From Verrucomicrobiota bacterium (GTDB lineage Bacteria; Verrucomicrobiota; Verrucomicrobiia; Limisphaerales; AAA164-E04), in NCBI GenBank assembly GCA_047947115.1, contig CP170459.1:2592001-2656000 (forward strand): a stretch of DNA of 64,000 bases. The letters are read 5' to 3'. Made by a program: the position numbers and the translations under genes. Numbering within the stretch: position 1 is the stretch's first letter; each line of letters opens with the position of its first letter. This document shows, piece after piece, positions 31,901 through 42,400 of this stretch. The notes under the pieces are model-generated. The model saw only the letters and a list, made by a program, of their open reading frames with translations, ran no database searches and was not told the origin of the DNA.

Positions 31901-34900
31901 CATCGGGGAGAACCGTCACGATTTTGGACAGTCTAGGCAAGGGAACGATCACCAATGACGATGCCGCGACGCTGGCGATTGATGATGTCTCCAACACAGA
32001 AGGAGATAGCGGGACAAAGACCTACACCTTCACTGTGACGCTGAATAACGACGTGGACACTTCGGTGGGGGTGAGCTACGCCACTTCGGGCAACACGGCT
32101 ACAATGTCTGACAGCGATTACACGTTCAGTTCCGGGACTTTGAATTTTTCGGGAAAATCCGGTGAGACCAAGACATTGACTGTGACGGTGAATGGAGATG
32201 GAAAAGTGGAATCAGATGAGTCATTTTTTGTGAATCTCTCCGGCGTAAGCGCTTCAGGGAGAGCTGTCACCATTGCGGACAGTCAAGGCGAGGGAACGAT
32301 CACCAATGACGATGTGGCGACGCTGGCGATTAATGACGTCACCCTGAATGAAGGAGATAGCGGGACGACAACCTACACCTTCACGGTGACACTAAACAAT
32401 GACGTGGACACCTCGGTGGGAGTGGATTACGCCACTTCGGACAACACCGCCACAACGGCCGACAGCGATTACACCTTCACCTCCGGGACATTAAATTTCT
32501 CGGGAGCCTCCGGTGAAACCGAGACATTGACCGTGACGGTGACTGGTGATGGAAAAGTGGAACTGGATCAGTCGTTTTTTGTGAATCTATCCAGCGTGAG
32601 TGCGTCGGGAAGAGCCGTCACCATTGCGGACAGCCAAGGCGAGGGAACGATCACCAATGACGATGCGGCGACGCTGGCGATTAATGACGTCACCTTGAAT
32701 GAAGGTGATGGCGGGGCGACAACCTACACTTTCTCGGTGACGCTGGACGCGGCGGTGGATACCGGCGTGAGTGTGAACTATGCGAGCGCGGACGGCACAG
32801 CGACAACGGCGGGCAATGACTACACAACGAGTTCGGGAACGTTGAATTTCGCTGGAACTGCCGGTGAAACGCAGACCTTGACGGTGACGGTGAACGGTGA
32901 CACGCCGGTGGAATTGGATGAGTCATTTTTTGTGAATCTTTTAGGCGTGAGCGCATCGGGGAGAGCCGTCACGATTTCGGACAGTCAAGGCGAAGGAACG
33001 ATCACCAATGACGATGCGGCGACGCTGGCGATTGATGACGTCACCAACACGGAAGGTGATAACGGGACAAAGACCTATACTTTCACGGTGACACTGAACA
33101 ATGACGTGGATACCTCGGTGGGGGTGGATTACGCCACTTCGGACAATACGGCCACAACGGCCGACAGCGATTACACATCGAGTTCCGGGACTTTGAATTT
33201 TTCGGGAACCTCCGGTGAGACCCAGACATTGACCGTGACGGTGAGTGGAGATGTAAAAGTGGAATTGGATCAATCGTTTTTTGTGAATCTTTCCGGCGTG
33301 AGTGCGTCGGGGAGAGCCGTCACGATTGCGGACAGTCAAGGTGAGGGAACGATCACCAATGACGATGCGGCGACACTAGCGATTAATGACGTCACCTTGA
33401 ATGAAGGTGATAGCGGGACGACAACCCACACCTTCACGGTGACGTTGGACAAGGCGGTGGATACTAGCGTGAGCGTGAACTATGCGAGCGTGGACGGCAC
33501 GGCGACAACGGCAGACAATGACTACACAACGAGTTCTGGAACGTTGAATTTCATGGGAGTCGCCGGTGAAACCGAAACCTTCACCGTGTCAGTTACTGGG
33601 GATTCTAAGGTGGAGCTGGATGAGATGTTCTTTCTGCTCCTCTCTGATCTCGGCTCAAACGGCCGCAACGTGAGCTTCTCTGATGATCAAGGTCAGGTTA
33701 CGGTTGCCAATGATGACTCGGCGAGTTTGTCTATCGGGGATGTCTCACTCAAGGAAGGTGGAAGCGGAGATACTTTATTTACTTTTAAGGTTATGTTGGA
33801 TCTGGCTGTGGACAGCGGATTTTCCGTGGATTTTGCTAGTTCGGACTATACCGCGACGATTGCTGACAGTGATTACACGCCATCCAACGGATCCATTATT
33901 TTCGTAGGTGATGCCAATGAGATTCAGACGTTCGAAGTGTTGGTGATTGGTGACCACTGGATTGAATCTGACGAGGCTTTTGAGGTAAAGTTGACCAACC
34001 TCCAGACCTCTGGGCGTGACGTGACCCTCTTGGACAATTTGGCCATTGGGCAAATTTTGAATGACGACCTAGCGGGCATTACCTCAACTCCTGATTCTGA
34101 TATGAGCACTTCCGAAGAAGGTGCCACCCAAACATTGTCTATAAAATTATCCGCACAACCGACCGAGGATGTGGTGTTTTCGCTGCAAAGCTCCGATTTG
34201 ACGGAAGGCGTGATTATTCAAGGCGACCATTTGGTATTTACCTCCGACAATTGGGACACACCCCAGACCGTAATCCTACAAGGAGTTGATGACGTGTTAG
34301 CGGACGGAAACATTGTATATACGGTCATAATTGATGCTTTTGAAAGTAACGATAAAGACTTTGACGGTTTTGATCCGGAAGACCTTTCCGTGGTCAACTT
34401 GGATCTCAACGAGATTCCCATTGCGACCTCTCAAGATCTATCGACTAATGAGGATGTTCAACTCCTTGTCGTTTTAAGCGGAACAGACGTAAATACCGAT
34501 TCCTTGAAGTCGGTAATTACCACCTTGCCTTCACAGGGGCAACTTTATCAGACCGATGATGGCACAAGTCTTGGTGATGCGATCACCGTCGTTCCGATGG
34601 AAGTTTCAGACGATCAGAACCGCGTGATTTACTTGCCGCCTTTAAACAAATATGGCGAAGCAATGGGTGATTTTTCTTTCCGAGTGAATGATGGTCGGGC
34701 TTTATCCGCACCGGCATTGGTTGAAATTGAAGTGATATCGATCAATGACCCTCCAACGCATAATTTGCCGGATTCGGTTGCCGGCGATGAGGATTCTCTG
34801 GTAGCCTTTGGCCTTTCGCGAGGTCTTGGTGTGAGCGTCCAGGATGTGGATGCGGGGTCAGGAAATCTACGAACCACGATTGAGACCGAAGATGGAGTTG

Positions 34901-36273
34901 TTGGGCTGTTCGAATCCTCGGGACTGACCTTTTCACAAGGAGACGGGGAATTCGATGCTGTCATGGCCTTCGCCGGTTCATTGACTGAGATCAACAGCGC
35001 ATTGAACACTTTGTATTTCAGTCCCGCCTCCAATCGAAATGGAATCTTAAAGGTAAGAATCACCACCAACGATTTGGGGAACTCAGGCAATTCTGGACCT
35101 AGAGAAACGACCGATGAAATTGAGATTAATATTTCTCCTGGGAATGATGCGCCTGTTATTGAACCCATCCAAAACATTGAAATGAGTGAGGATGGAATTA
35201 ATCGCATGCTGTTTGCGCAGATTACTGATATGGATAGTTCGGCTGCCGATTTGAGAGTGAAGATTTCAGCAACACCGGTGGGGATCCTTGAGGTTTCTAA
35301 TGGAGTAGTAACGGGATCAGGTGGTCACTACGCCTGCCAGCTAAATTTGATGCCTCTCAAAGAACAGTCTGGTGTCGTCATGGTTTCATTGCAAGTGGCA
35401 GACGGACAAGCTTCGGGTTCCGTCACATTTAGAGTGAATGTGATTGAAGTGGACGATCCTCCTAAAATAGTGGTTGCAAACCCTGTGGAAGGATTGGAGG
35501 ACACTACCATGCATGTTCCGTTTTCCATTATTGATGATATTTCTAAGGGGTCGGTTCTTGTTACTGCGTCGTTCCTTGACTCTAACCTTGTTGCGCCCAA
35601 TGACTTGATTGTAACCGCAGTCGCGGATGGGTTTACAGTGGCCTTGTCGCCGGTTCCTAATGCTAATGGCCAGGGTAAGCTGCGTATTTCACTTAATGAT
35701 GGAAATCATGAGGTTCATCAGGATGTTACTCTGATTTTCAAGGGCACGCCGGACGCTCCTTCAATCGATCCCATTGCCGATTTCGTGAGTCCGGTAGGAG
35801 AGGCTATCGAAGTTTTACTGACGCTTTCAGATGTGGATACGGATGTGACGCAATTAATGGTTACCGCTTCCTCCAATTATCAAGAAGTAATACCGAACTC
35901 CGGACTGACGTTTATCGGAAATGAGGCTCAACGCAAATTGCTTATCCAGCCTACACTGGGCAAAACTGGCATCGTTGAGATTCTTGTGACTACGCAAGAC
36001 CCCGAAGGCATGCAGTATGAGGAACGCTTCCAAGTCTATATTATAGATCCGTCCAAAGGCAAGCCTAGCCCAGTGACCATTCGCTCAGCTCCGGACCCTG
36101 AAGACAAAAACCGTCGAATCGTGTTATCTTGGTTTGGAGAATCTCTTCTTTACGGGGCGAAGCAAATTAGCGGGCCCTATATCCTGATTGATCAAGTTAC
36201 GAGTCCATTTGTGATTCCAATTCCCTGGGAATACAGCTTTTTCAAGTTTGTCCCAGTGCAGGCTCCTCAGTAG
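25915..36273 (+). CDS. Giant surface protein/adhesin (DUF11-like Ig repeats, 14 Calx-beta repeats, cadherin-like repeats, C-terminal sorting-like domain)
   Basis: 3452 aa; FSKTFSP/FTDDL Ig units; 117-aa NDDAATLAIND repeats; VNDAP-type units; ends SFFKFVPVQAPQ. Confidence 0.88.
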   Translation: MHRLSRYRGLLAGNHCLNHLFRLWIIVFVGGSLPGISVFAQNFSKTFSPTTIAVGNPSTLTFTIDNSSGSVVVNDPTFTDTLPAGMVVANPANISHSGLTRDGEGVTITATPGSGSVALATTGISIPIGATSTISVDVTATAGAGAYLSNSTTLTHAGGVIGSGSSTLNVVQPTTTFTKAFSPSTIDFGGTSTLTYTIDNSANASAINTMAFAENLPEGLIVADPPNVTYSGITEYRAGITPTITAVAGSDLISFSASGVHYVYTPSFQTVQNFEVLAGATATISVDVQATAVWGSLVNTSGAFTSSQGNSGVATATLTVNPPDELYLTKEFIVNPAVPGGTSQIKYTITNLNRDYTITNIAFTDDLDAALSGLVATGLPATDICGVGSSLTGTSVITLSGGSLGSGESCEFTVNLSIPSGAGGTYTSTTSGITGTMNSGSVAFSAASDDLIVKPLPEITTAFASSVSQGGIATLQVTVSNTSASHSADDIYFTIPVGNFYDGATVAALPSANFMGTGSTATTTALAGPIHTHIVVQNGSLAAGANGVFTVDIQLPSNGPSGPITHTVDDLKATVNSENLSGASASATLTVLPVVQMTKSFSAPVIPGNTVDVTYTLSLDTSSPTDATDISFSDDLNASLTGLTATGLPVYDICGVGSSLGGTSTITFTGGTLSPGDSREITVTLQVPAGGAIGDYVGTSSAVSATIASASSSGPAASATLEVVPDFALTQAYVGSPYLPGDTVTLRYTLTNNTAENATSITFKDDLTDILFGVVPNESFPISNPCGVGSSLSYDTTKDELTFAGGSLDAGTSWTFDLTYDLPPTGLAEGQYSHVTSAVDLVFSSINFRTAAASAGFEITSPTPPSVSINQASGQPDPTGTEPVLFTAIFSEAVSGFNSSSDVIVTGSAGLFANTILITEMSPNNGTTYQVSVGGLSGENTGGVSVAIPSGVATAISNSLGNNASTSTDNVVVFEGDRVVPALSLSISEAYISENGGSSQATVTRNTDTTNPLTVNLVSDNAGEATVPATVTILAGQSSAVFTINGADESLVDLTETVKITASATGFKPGSDTLGVTNDDAATLAINDVTLNEGDGGATTYTFSVTLDKAVDTGVSVNYASADGTATTADNDYTTSSGTLNFAGTAGETQSLTVTVNGDTPVESDEVFVVNLSGVNASGRAVTISDSQGEGTITNDDAATLAINDVTLNEGDSGTTTYTFTVTLDKAVDTGVSVNYASADGTATTADNDYTTSSGTLNFVGTAGETQSLTVMVNGDTPVESDEVFVVNLSGVSASGRAVTIADSQGEGTITNDDVATLAINDVTLNEGDSGTTTYTFTVTLNNDVDTSVGVDYATSDNTATTADSDYTFTSGTLNFSGASGETETLTVTVTGDGKVELDQSFFVNLSSVSASGRAVTIADSQGEGTITNDDAATLAIDDVSLNEGDSGTTTYTFSVTLDKAVDTGVSVNYASADGTAKTADNDYLSSSGTLNFAGAAGETQSLTVSVNGDILVESDEVFVLNLSGVSASGRDVTISDSQGEGTITNDDAATLAINDVTLNEGDSGTTTYTFSVTLDKAVDTGVSVNYASADGTATTADNDYTTSSGTLNFVGTAGETQSLTVMVNGDTPVELDEVFVVNLSGVNASGRTVMILDSQGKGTITNDDAATLAIDDVTNTEGDSGTTTYTFTVTLNNDVDTSVGVNYATSDNTARRADSDYTFSSGTLNFSGRSGETKTLTVTVNGDGKVELGESFFVNLSGVSASGRAITISDSQGEGTITNDDAATLAIDNVTSNEGNTGTSTYTFTVTLDTAVDTGVSVNYASADGTATTADNDYTANSGILNFAGAAGETRTLTVMVNGDTVVESDELFVVNLLGVSASGRAVTIADSQGEGTITNDDAATLAINDVTLNEGDSGTSTYTFTVTLDKAVDTGVSVNYASADGTATTADNDYTTSSGTLNFAGTAGETQSLTVTVNGDTVVELDEVFTVNLSGVSASGRTVTILDSLGKGTITNDDAATLAIDDVSNTEGDSGTKTYTFTVTLNNDVDTSVGVSYATSGNTATMSDSDYTFSSGTLNFSGKSGETKTLTVTVNGDGKVESDESFFVNLSGVSASGRAVTIADSQGEGTITNDDVATLAINDVTLNEGDSGTTTYTFTVTLNNDVDTSVGVDYATSDNTATTADSDYTFTSGTLNFSGASGETETLTVTVTGDGKVELDQSFFVNLSSVSASGRAVTIADSQGEGTITNDDAATLAINDVTLNEGDGGATTYTFSVTLDAAVDTGVSVNYASADGTATTAGNDYTTSSGTLNFAGTAGETQTLTVTVNGDTPVELDESFFVNLLGVSASGRAVTISDSQGEGTITNDDAATLAIDDVTNTEGDNGTKTYTFTVTLNNDVDTSVGVDYATSDNTATTADSDYTSSSGTLNFSGTSGETQTLTVTVSGDVKVELDQSFFVNLSGVSASGRAVTIADSQGEGTITNDDAATLAINDVTLNEGDSGTTTHTFTVTLDKAVDTSVSVNYASVDGTATTADNDYTTSSGTLNFMGVAGETETFTVSVTGDSKVELDEMFFLLLSDLGSNGRNVSFSDDQGQVTVANDDSASLSIGDVSLKEGGSGDTLFTFKVMLDLAVDSGFSVDFASSDYTATIADSDYTPSNGSIIFVGDANEIQTFEVLVIGDHWIESDEAFEVKLTNLQTSGRDVTLLDNLAIGQILNDDLAGITSTPDSDMSTSEEGATQTLSIKLSAQPTEDVVFSLQSSDLTEGVIIQGDHLVFTSDNWDTPQTVILQGVDDVLADGNIVYTVIIDAFESNDKDFDGFDPEDLSVVNLDLNEIPIATSQDLSTNEDVQLLVVLSGTDVNTDSLKSVITTLPSQGQLYQTDDGTSLGDAITVVPMEVSDDQNRVIYLPPLNKYGEAMGDFSFRVNDGRALSAPALVEIEVISINDPPTHNLPDSVAGDEDSLVAFGLSRGLGVSVQDVDAGSGNLRTTIETEDGVVGLFESSGLTFSQGDGEFDAVMAFAGSLTEINSALNTLYFSPASNRNGILKVRITTNDLGNSGNSGPRETTDEIEINISPGNDAPVIEPIQNIEMSEDGINRMLFAQITDMDSSAADLRVKISATPVGILEVSNGVVTGSGGHYACQLNLMPLKEQSGVVMVSLQVADGQASGSVTFRVNVIEVDDPPKIVVANPVEGLEDTTMHVPFSIIDDISKGSVLVTASFLDSNLVAPNDLIVTAVADGFTVALSPVPNANGQGKLRISLNDGNHEVHQDVTLIFKGTPDAPSIDPIADFVSPVGEAIEVLLTLSDVDTDVTQLMVTASSNYQEVIPNSGLTFIGNEAQRKLLIQPTLGKTGIVEILVTTQDPEGMQYEERFQVYIIDPSKGKPSPVTIRSAPDPEDKNRRIVLSWFGESLLYGAKQISGPYILIDQVTSPFVIPIPWEYSFFKFVPVQAPQ
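29146..34059 (+). repeat. 14 tandem 351-bp Calx-beta coding repeats
   Basis: AATGACGA unit starts every 351 bp from 29146 to 33709; array ends at 34059. Confidence 0.9.
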
Positions 36274-36431
36274 CTATGTTCATTTACACACAATGCTAGA
36301 TCAAAAGTATTCGATTACTCGAATAACCCTCAGGCCCTCTGGACCTGAACCGCAAAAACAATGATCTTTTCTGATTTTTCACTTAAAGATCAACCGAATG
36401 AATACAATTATTATAAAAAGTTATTAAATTA

Positions 36432-39400
36432 ATGAATAAATTGAAAACAACGTTCACTCTACTTGGCCTCTTTTTTGTGCTAAATGCTAAAGCGGGTCTC
36501 ACTTTAACAATCGACAAAGCGAACGAGACATTAAGTTTTTCGGGTGTTCAAAATGTATCCTCTGCAAATTTTTATGAGTGGTGGGATAACTCCGGATCTC
36601 TCTATGGCACAGTTCTGAATTTCAGTCCCAATCCAATATCTAATGTGGACGATGCCAATTCCCTGATTGATGTCCATAGCAATAATTTGTATGTTGGCGT
36701 AACTGGCAGTAGTAACTTAACGGGAAATGGTAACACTATTTCTTACTCCTCGTTGACCTCAAATGAAAAATCATACCTTGAGTCCCTTAATGGATCTACA
36801 TTGATAAGTCAAAATTCGCTCGATCCAATCACTATTGTCGTTGTTTCCGGAAGCAATGCCTCTCCTTTGATCGCTACCAATACAGGTGGAACGGTTGCAG
36901 AAGGAGGCACACTTACCATCACCACATCAATGCTCAACGAAGGAGATCCAGACGATTCAGGTGCTGGGCTGACTTACAGTGTGACCACGGCTTCATTAAA
37001 TGGTCGTCTTGAGCTGAGCAGTGCAGCAGGAATAAGCATCTCTTCATTCACACAAGCAGACGTGGACTCAGGGATTGTGCAGTATGTGCATGACAGTTCG
37101 GAGACAACCAGTGATAGCATATCATTGAGTCTTGCCGATGGAGGGGAGAACGGAGCCATAGCAGCCACAGGCACCTTCAGCATCACGATTACACCAGTCA
37201 ACGATGCTCCTGTGGCGACCGATGCGGCAGGGACCCTCACTTACACTGAGAATGATGCGGCGACGGCAATCGATGGCAGCCTGAGCCTAAGCGATAATGA
37301 TGATGTGAACCTGGAAGGGGCGACCATCAGTCTGTCAGCAAATTTTGTGAGTGGAGAGGATGTGTTAGCCTTTGCCAATACGGGGTCCATCAGCGGAAGT
37401 TGGAATGCGACCAGCGGGGTGCTGACCCTGACTGGGACCGACACCAAAGCCAACTACGAGTTGGCGTTAGAGAGCGTGACTTATCAGAACACCTCTGAGG
37501 ATCCGTCGGTCGTCAGTCGCACGGTCAGCTGGGTGGTCAATGATGGGAACAATAACTCGGCTCCCGTCACATCGACCATCTCGGTGGCGGCAGTGAACGA
37601 TGCTCCGTTGATTGTGACCAACACTGGTGGAACGGTTGCAGAAGGTGGTACGCTCGCGATCACCACAGCGATGCTCAACGAAGGAGATCCTGACGATTCA
37701 GGGGTGGAACTGACTTACAGTGTGACCACCGCCTCATCCAATGGTCGTCTTGAGCTGAGCAGTGCAGCAGGAACAAGCATCTCTTCATTCACACAAGCAG
37801 ACGTGGACTCAGGGATTGTGCAGTATGTGCATGACAGTTCGGAGACAACCAGTGATAGCATATCGTTGAGTCTTGCTGATGGAGCAGAGGACGGTGCCAC
37901 AGCAGCCACAGGAACATTCAGCATTACTGTAACCGCAGTGAATGATACGCCGTTGATTGCGACCAACACTGGTGGAACGGTTGCAGAAGGTGGCACGCTC
38001 GCGATCACCACTGCGATGCTTAACGAAGGTGACCCTGACGATTCAGGGGCAGGGTTGGTTTACAGTGTGACCGCGGCCTCATCCAATGGTCGTCTTGAGT
38101 TGAGCAGTGCAGCAGGAACAAGCATCTCTTCATTCACGCAGGCAGAGCTGGACTTGGGGATTGTGCGTTATGTTCATGACGGGTCGCAGACAATCAGTGA
38201 TAGTATATCACTGAGTCTTGCTGATGGAGGGGAGAACGGAGCAACAGCAGCCACAGGCACCTTCAGCATCACGATTACACCAGTCAACGATGCTCCTGTG
38301 GCGACCGATGCGGCAGGGACCCTCACTTACACTGAGAATGATGCGGCGACGGCAATCGATGGCAGCCTGAGCCTAAGCGATAATGATGATGTGAACCTGG
38401 AAGGTGCGACCATCAGTCTGTCAGCAAATTTTGTGAGTGGAGAGGATGTGTTAGCCTTTGCCAATACGGGGTCCATCAGCGGAAGTTGGAATGCGACCAG
38501 CGGGGTGCTGACCCTGACTGGGACCGACACCAAAGCCAACTACGAGTTGGCGTTAGAGAGCGTGACTTATCAGAACACCTCTGAGGATCCGTCGGTCGTC
38601 AGTCGCACGGTCAGCTGGGTGGTCAATGATGGGAACAATAACTCGGCTCCCGTCACATCGACCATCTCGGTGGCGGCAGTGAACGATGCTCCGTTGATTG
38701 TGACCAACACTGGTGGAACGGTTGCAGAAGGTGGTACGCTCGCGATCACCACAGCGATGCTCAACGAAGGAGATCCTGACGATTCAGGGGTGGAACTGAC
38801 TTACAGTGTGACCACCGCCTCATCCAATGGTCGTCTTGAGCTGAGCAGTGCAGCAGGAACAAGCATCTCTTCATTCACACAAGCAGACGTGGACTCAGGG
38901 ATTGTGCAGTATGTGCATGACAGTTCGGAGACAACCAGTGATAGCATATCGTTGAGTCTTGCTGATGGAGCAGAGGACGGTGCCACAGCAGCCACAGGAA
39001 CATTCAGCATTACTGTAACCGCAGTGAATGATACGCCGTTGATTGCGACCAACACTGGTGGAACGGTTGCAGAAGGTGGCACGCTCGCGATCACCACTGC
39101 GATGCTTAACGAAGGTGACCCTGACGATTCGGGGGCAGGGTTGGTTTACAGTGTGACCGCGGCCTCATCCAATGGTCGTCTTGAGTTGAGCAGTGCAGCA
39201 GGAACAAGCATCTCTTCATTCACGCAGGCAGAGCTGGACTTGGGGATTGTGCGTTATGTTCATGACGGGTCGGAGACAACCCATGATAGTATATCATTGA
39301 GTCTTGCCGATGGAGGGGAGAACGGAGCCATAGCAGCCACAGGAACATTCAGCATTACTGTAACCGCAGTGAATGATGCGCCGTTGATTGCGACCAACAC

Positions 39401-42400
39401 TGGTGGAACGGTTGCAGAAGGTGGTACGCTCGCGATCACCACAGCGATGCTCAACGAAGGAGATCCTGACGATTCAGGGGCGGGGTTGACTTACAGCGTG
39501 ACCACCGCCTCATCCAATGGTCGTCTTGAGCTGAGCAGTGCAGCAGGAATAAGCATCTCTTCATTCACACAAGCAAACGTGGACTCAGGGATGGTGCAGT
39601 ATGTGCATGACAGTTCGCAGTCAACCAGTGATACCATATCGTTGAGTCTTGCAGATGGAGGAGAGGACGGTGCCACAGCAGTCACAGGAATATTCAGCAT
39701 TACTGTAACCGCAGTGAATGATGCGCCATTGATTGCGACCAACACTGGTGGAACGGTTGTAGAAGGTGGCACACTCACGATCACCACATTGATGCTCAAC
39801 GAAGGAGATCCCGACGATTCAGGATCGGGGCTGACTTACAGTGTGACCACGGCCTCATCCAATGGTCGTCTTGAGCTGAGCAGTGCAGTAGGAACAAGCA
39901 TCTCTTCATTCACGCAGGCAGACCTGGACTTAGGGATTGTGCGTTATGTTCATGACGGTTCGGAGACAACTAGTGATAGTATATCATTGAGTCTTGCAGA
40001 TGGAGGAGAGGACGGTGCAGCTGCAGCCACAGGAACATTCAGTATTATTATAACCGCAGTGAATGATGCGCCGTTGATTGCGACCAACACTGGTGGAACG
40101 GTTGCAGAAGGTGGCACACTTACTATCACCACATTGATGCTCAACGCAGGAGATCCTGACGATTCAGGGTCGGGGCTGACTTACAGCGTGACCACGGCTT
40201 CATTAAATGGTCGTCTTGAGCTGAGCAGTGCAGCAGGAATAAGCATCTCTTCATTCACACAAGCAGACGTGGACTCAGGGATTGTGCAGTATGTGCATGA
40301 CAGTTCGGAGACAACCAGTGATAGCATATCGTTGAGTCTTGCCGATGGAGGGGAGAACGGAGCCATAGCAGCCACAGGCACCTTCAGCATCACGATTACA
40401 CCAGTCAGCGATGCGCCTGTGGTGACCGATGCGGCAGGGACCGTCGCTTACACTGAGAATGATGCGGCGACAGTAATTGATAGCAGCCTAAGCCTGAGCG
40501 ATGACGATGATGTGAACCTGGAAGGTGCGACCATCAGTCTGTCAGCAAATTTTGTGAGTGGAGAGGATGTGCTGGCCTTTGCCAATACGGGGAACATCAG
40601 CGGGAACTGGAATGCGACCACTGGAGTGCTGGCCCTGAGCGGAAGCGACACCAAAGCCAACTACGAGTTGGCGTTAGAGAGCGTGACTTATCAGAACACC
40701 TCTGAGGATCCGTCGGTCGTCAGTCGCACGGTCAGCTGGGTGGTCAATGATGGGAACGATAACTCGGCTCCCGTCACATCGACCATCTCGGTGGCGGCAG
40801 TGAACGATGCCCCTGTGGCGACCGATGCGGCAGGGACCCTCACTTACACTGAGAATGATGCGGCGACGGTAATCGATGACAGCCTTAGCCTAAGCGATCA
40901 CGATGATGTGAATCTGGAAGGTGCGACCATCAGTCTGTCAGCAAATTTTGTGAGTGGAGAGGACGTGCTGGCCTTTGCCAATACGGGGAACATCAGCGGG
41001 AACTGGAATGCGACCACTGGAGTGCTGGCCCTGAGCGGAAGCGACACCAAAGCCAACTACGAGTCGGCGTTAGAGAGCGTGACTTATCAGAACACCTCTG
41101 AGGATCCGTCGGTCGTCAGTCGCACGGTCAGCTGGGTGGTCAATGATGGGAACGATAACTCGGCTCCCGTCACATCGACCATCTCGGTGGCGGCAGTGAA
41201 CGATGTCCCTGTGGCGACCAATGCGGCAGGGACCCTCGCTTACACCGAGAATGATGCGGCGACGGTAATCGATGACAGCCTGAGCCTAAGCGATAATGAT
41301 GATGTGAATCTGGAAGGTGCGACCATCAGTCTGTCAGCAAATTTTGTGAGTGGAGAGGATGTACTGGCCTTTGCCAATACGGGGACCATTAGCGGGAACT
41401 GGAATGCGACCACTGGAGTGCTGGCCCTGAGCGGAAGCGACACCAAAGCCAACTACGAGTCGGCGTTAGAGAGCGTGACTTATCAGAACACCTCTGAGGA
41501 TCCGTCGGTCGTCAGTCGCACGGTCAGCTGGGTGGTCAATGATGGGAACGATAACTCGGCTCCCGTCACATCGACCATCACCATCACGGCGGTGAACGAT
41601 GCGCCTTCTTTGACCCTATCAGGGCTTGATCCAGATTATCTAGAGGACCAGTCAGCTGTGGCCATCTTTGATATTGCCAACTTCGGTCTTGTAGAAGGTG
41701 GACAAAGAGTAAAGGGACTTGAACTAATCGTTTCAGGTTTGATCGACGGCAGTGATGAGCTGTTTCACATTGATGGAGCATCATTCCCTCTTGTAACAGG
41801 CACCAGCGGGACAACAGCCGCATCAGGTGTGGGTTACAGTGTGAGTGATGTCGAAGGCACACTGACTGTTGTCCTTAACTTTGAAGCAGTCACATTAGAC
41901 GACGCCAAATCCTTGATCGGCAGCATGGGATATTTGAATGCAAATTCGGCTCATGCAAGTGACGGTCAACGCGTATTCACAGGAGTTCGCATGCAGGATA
42001 ATGGCGGTATTGAAAACTCGGGTAATGATACCGTTAAATTTGAGTATTCCTCTACTGTCACCGTCAACTCAGTGAACGATGCTCCTAGTATCGCAGCTCC
42101 CGCCACGATTTCCTTCGATGAGGATACATCCATATTCTTTAATGGTGGGTCAAAAATATCTTTGCAAGACGTGGATGCTATAGACAACAAGATCAAGCTT
42201 ACTTTAAAACCTTACAATGGAAGTTTGGCGGTTGCCTCCACAAGTGATGTGATATTGACGGAACCGGAAAGTTCTGAGGGTAAGGTGTATGTGTTGGAGG
42301 GCAGTATGTCAGCCATCAACAACGCTCTGGTACACCTTGCGTATCATCCGAACCCACAATACTACGGTTTGTCGTCAATGGATCTTAAAGTTGAGGATCT

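Noticed and set aside
17467..36273. Diversity-generating retroelement (TR/VR pair)
   Set aside because: No reverse transcriptase; both copies are coding, and the differences I inspected are not adenine-specific.
29180..41452. Repeated short minus-strand ORFs within the adhesin genes
   Set aside because: By-products of the coding repeats on the opposite strand.
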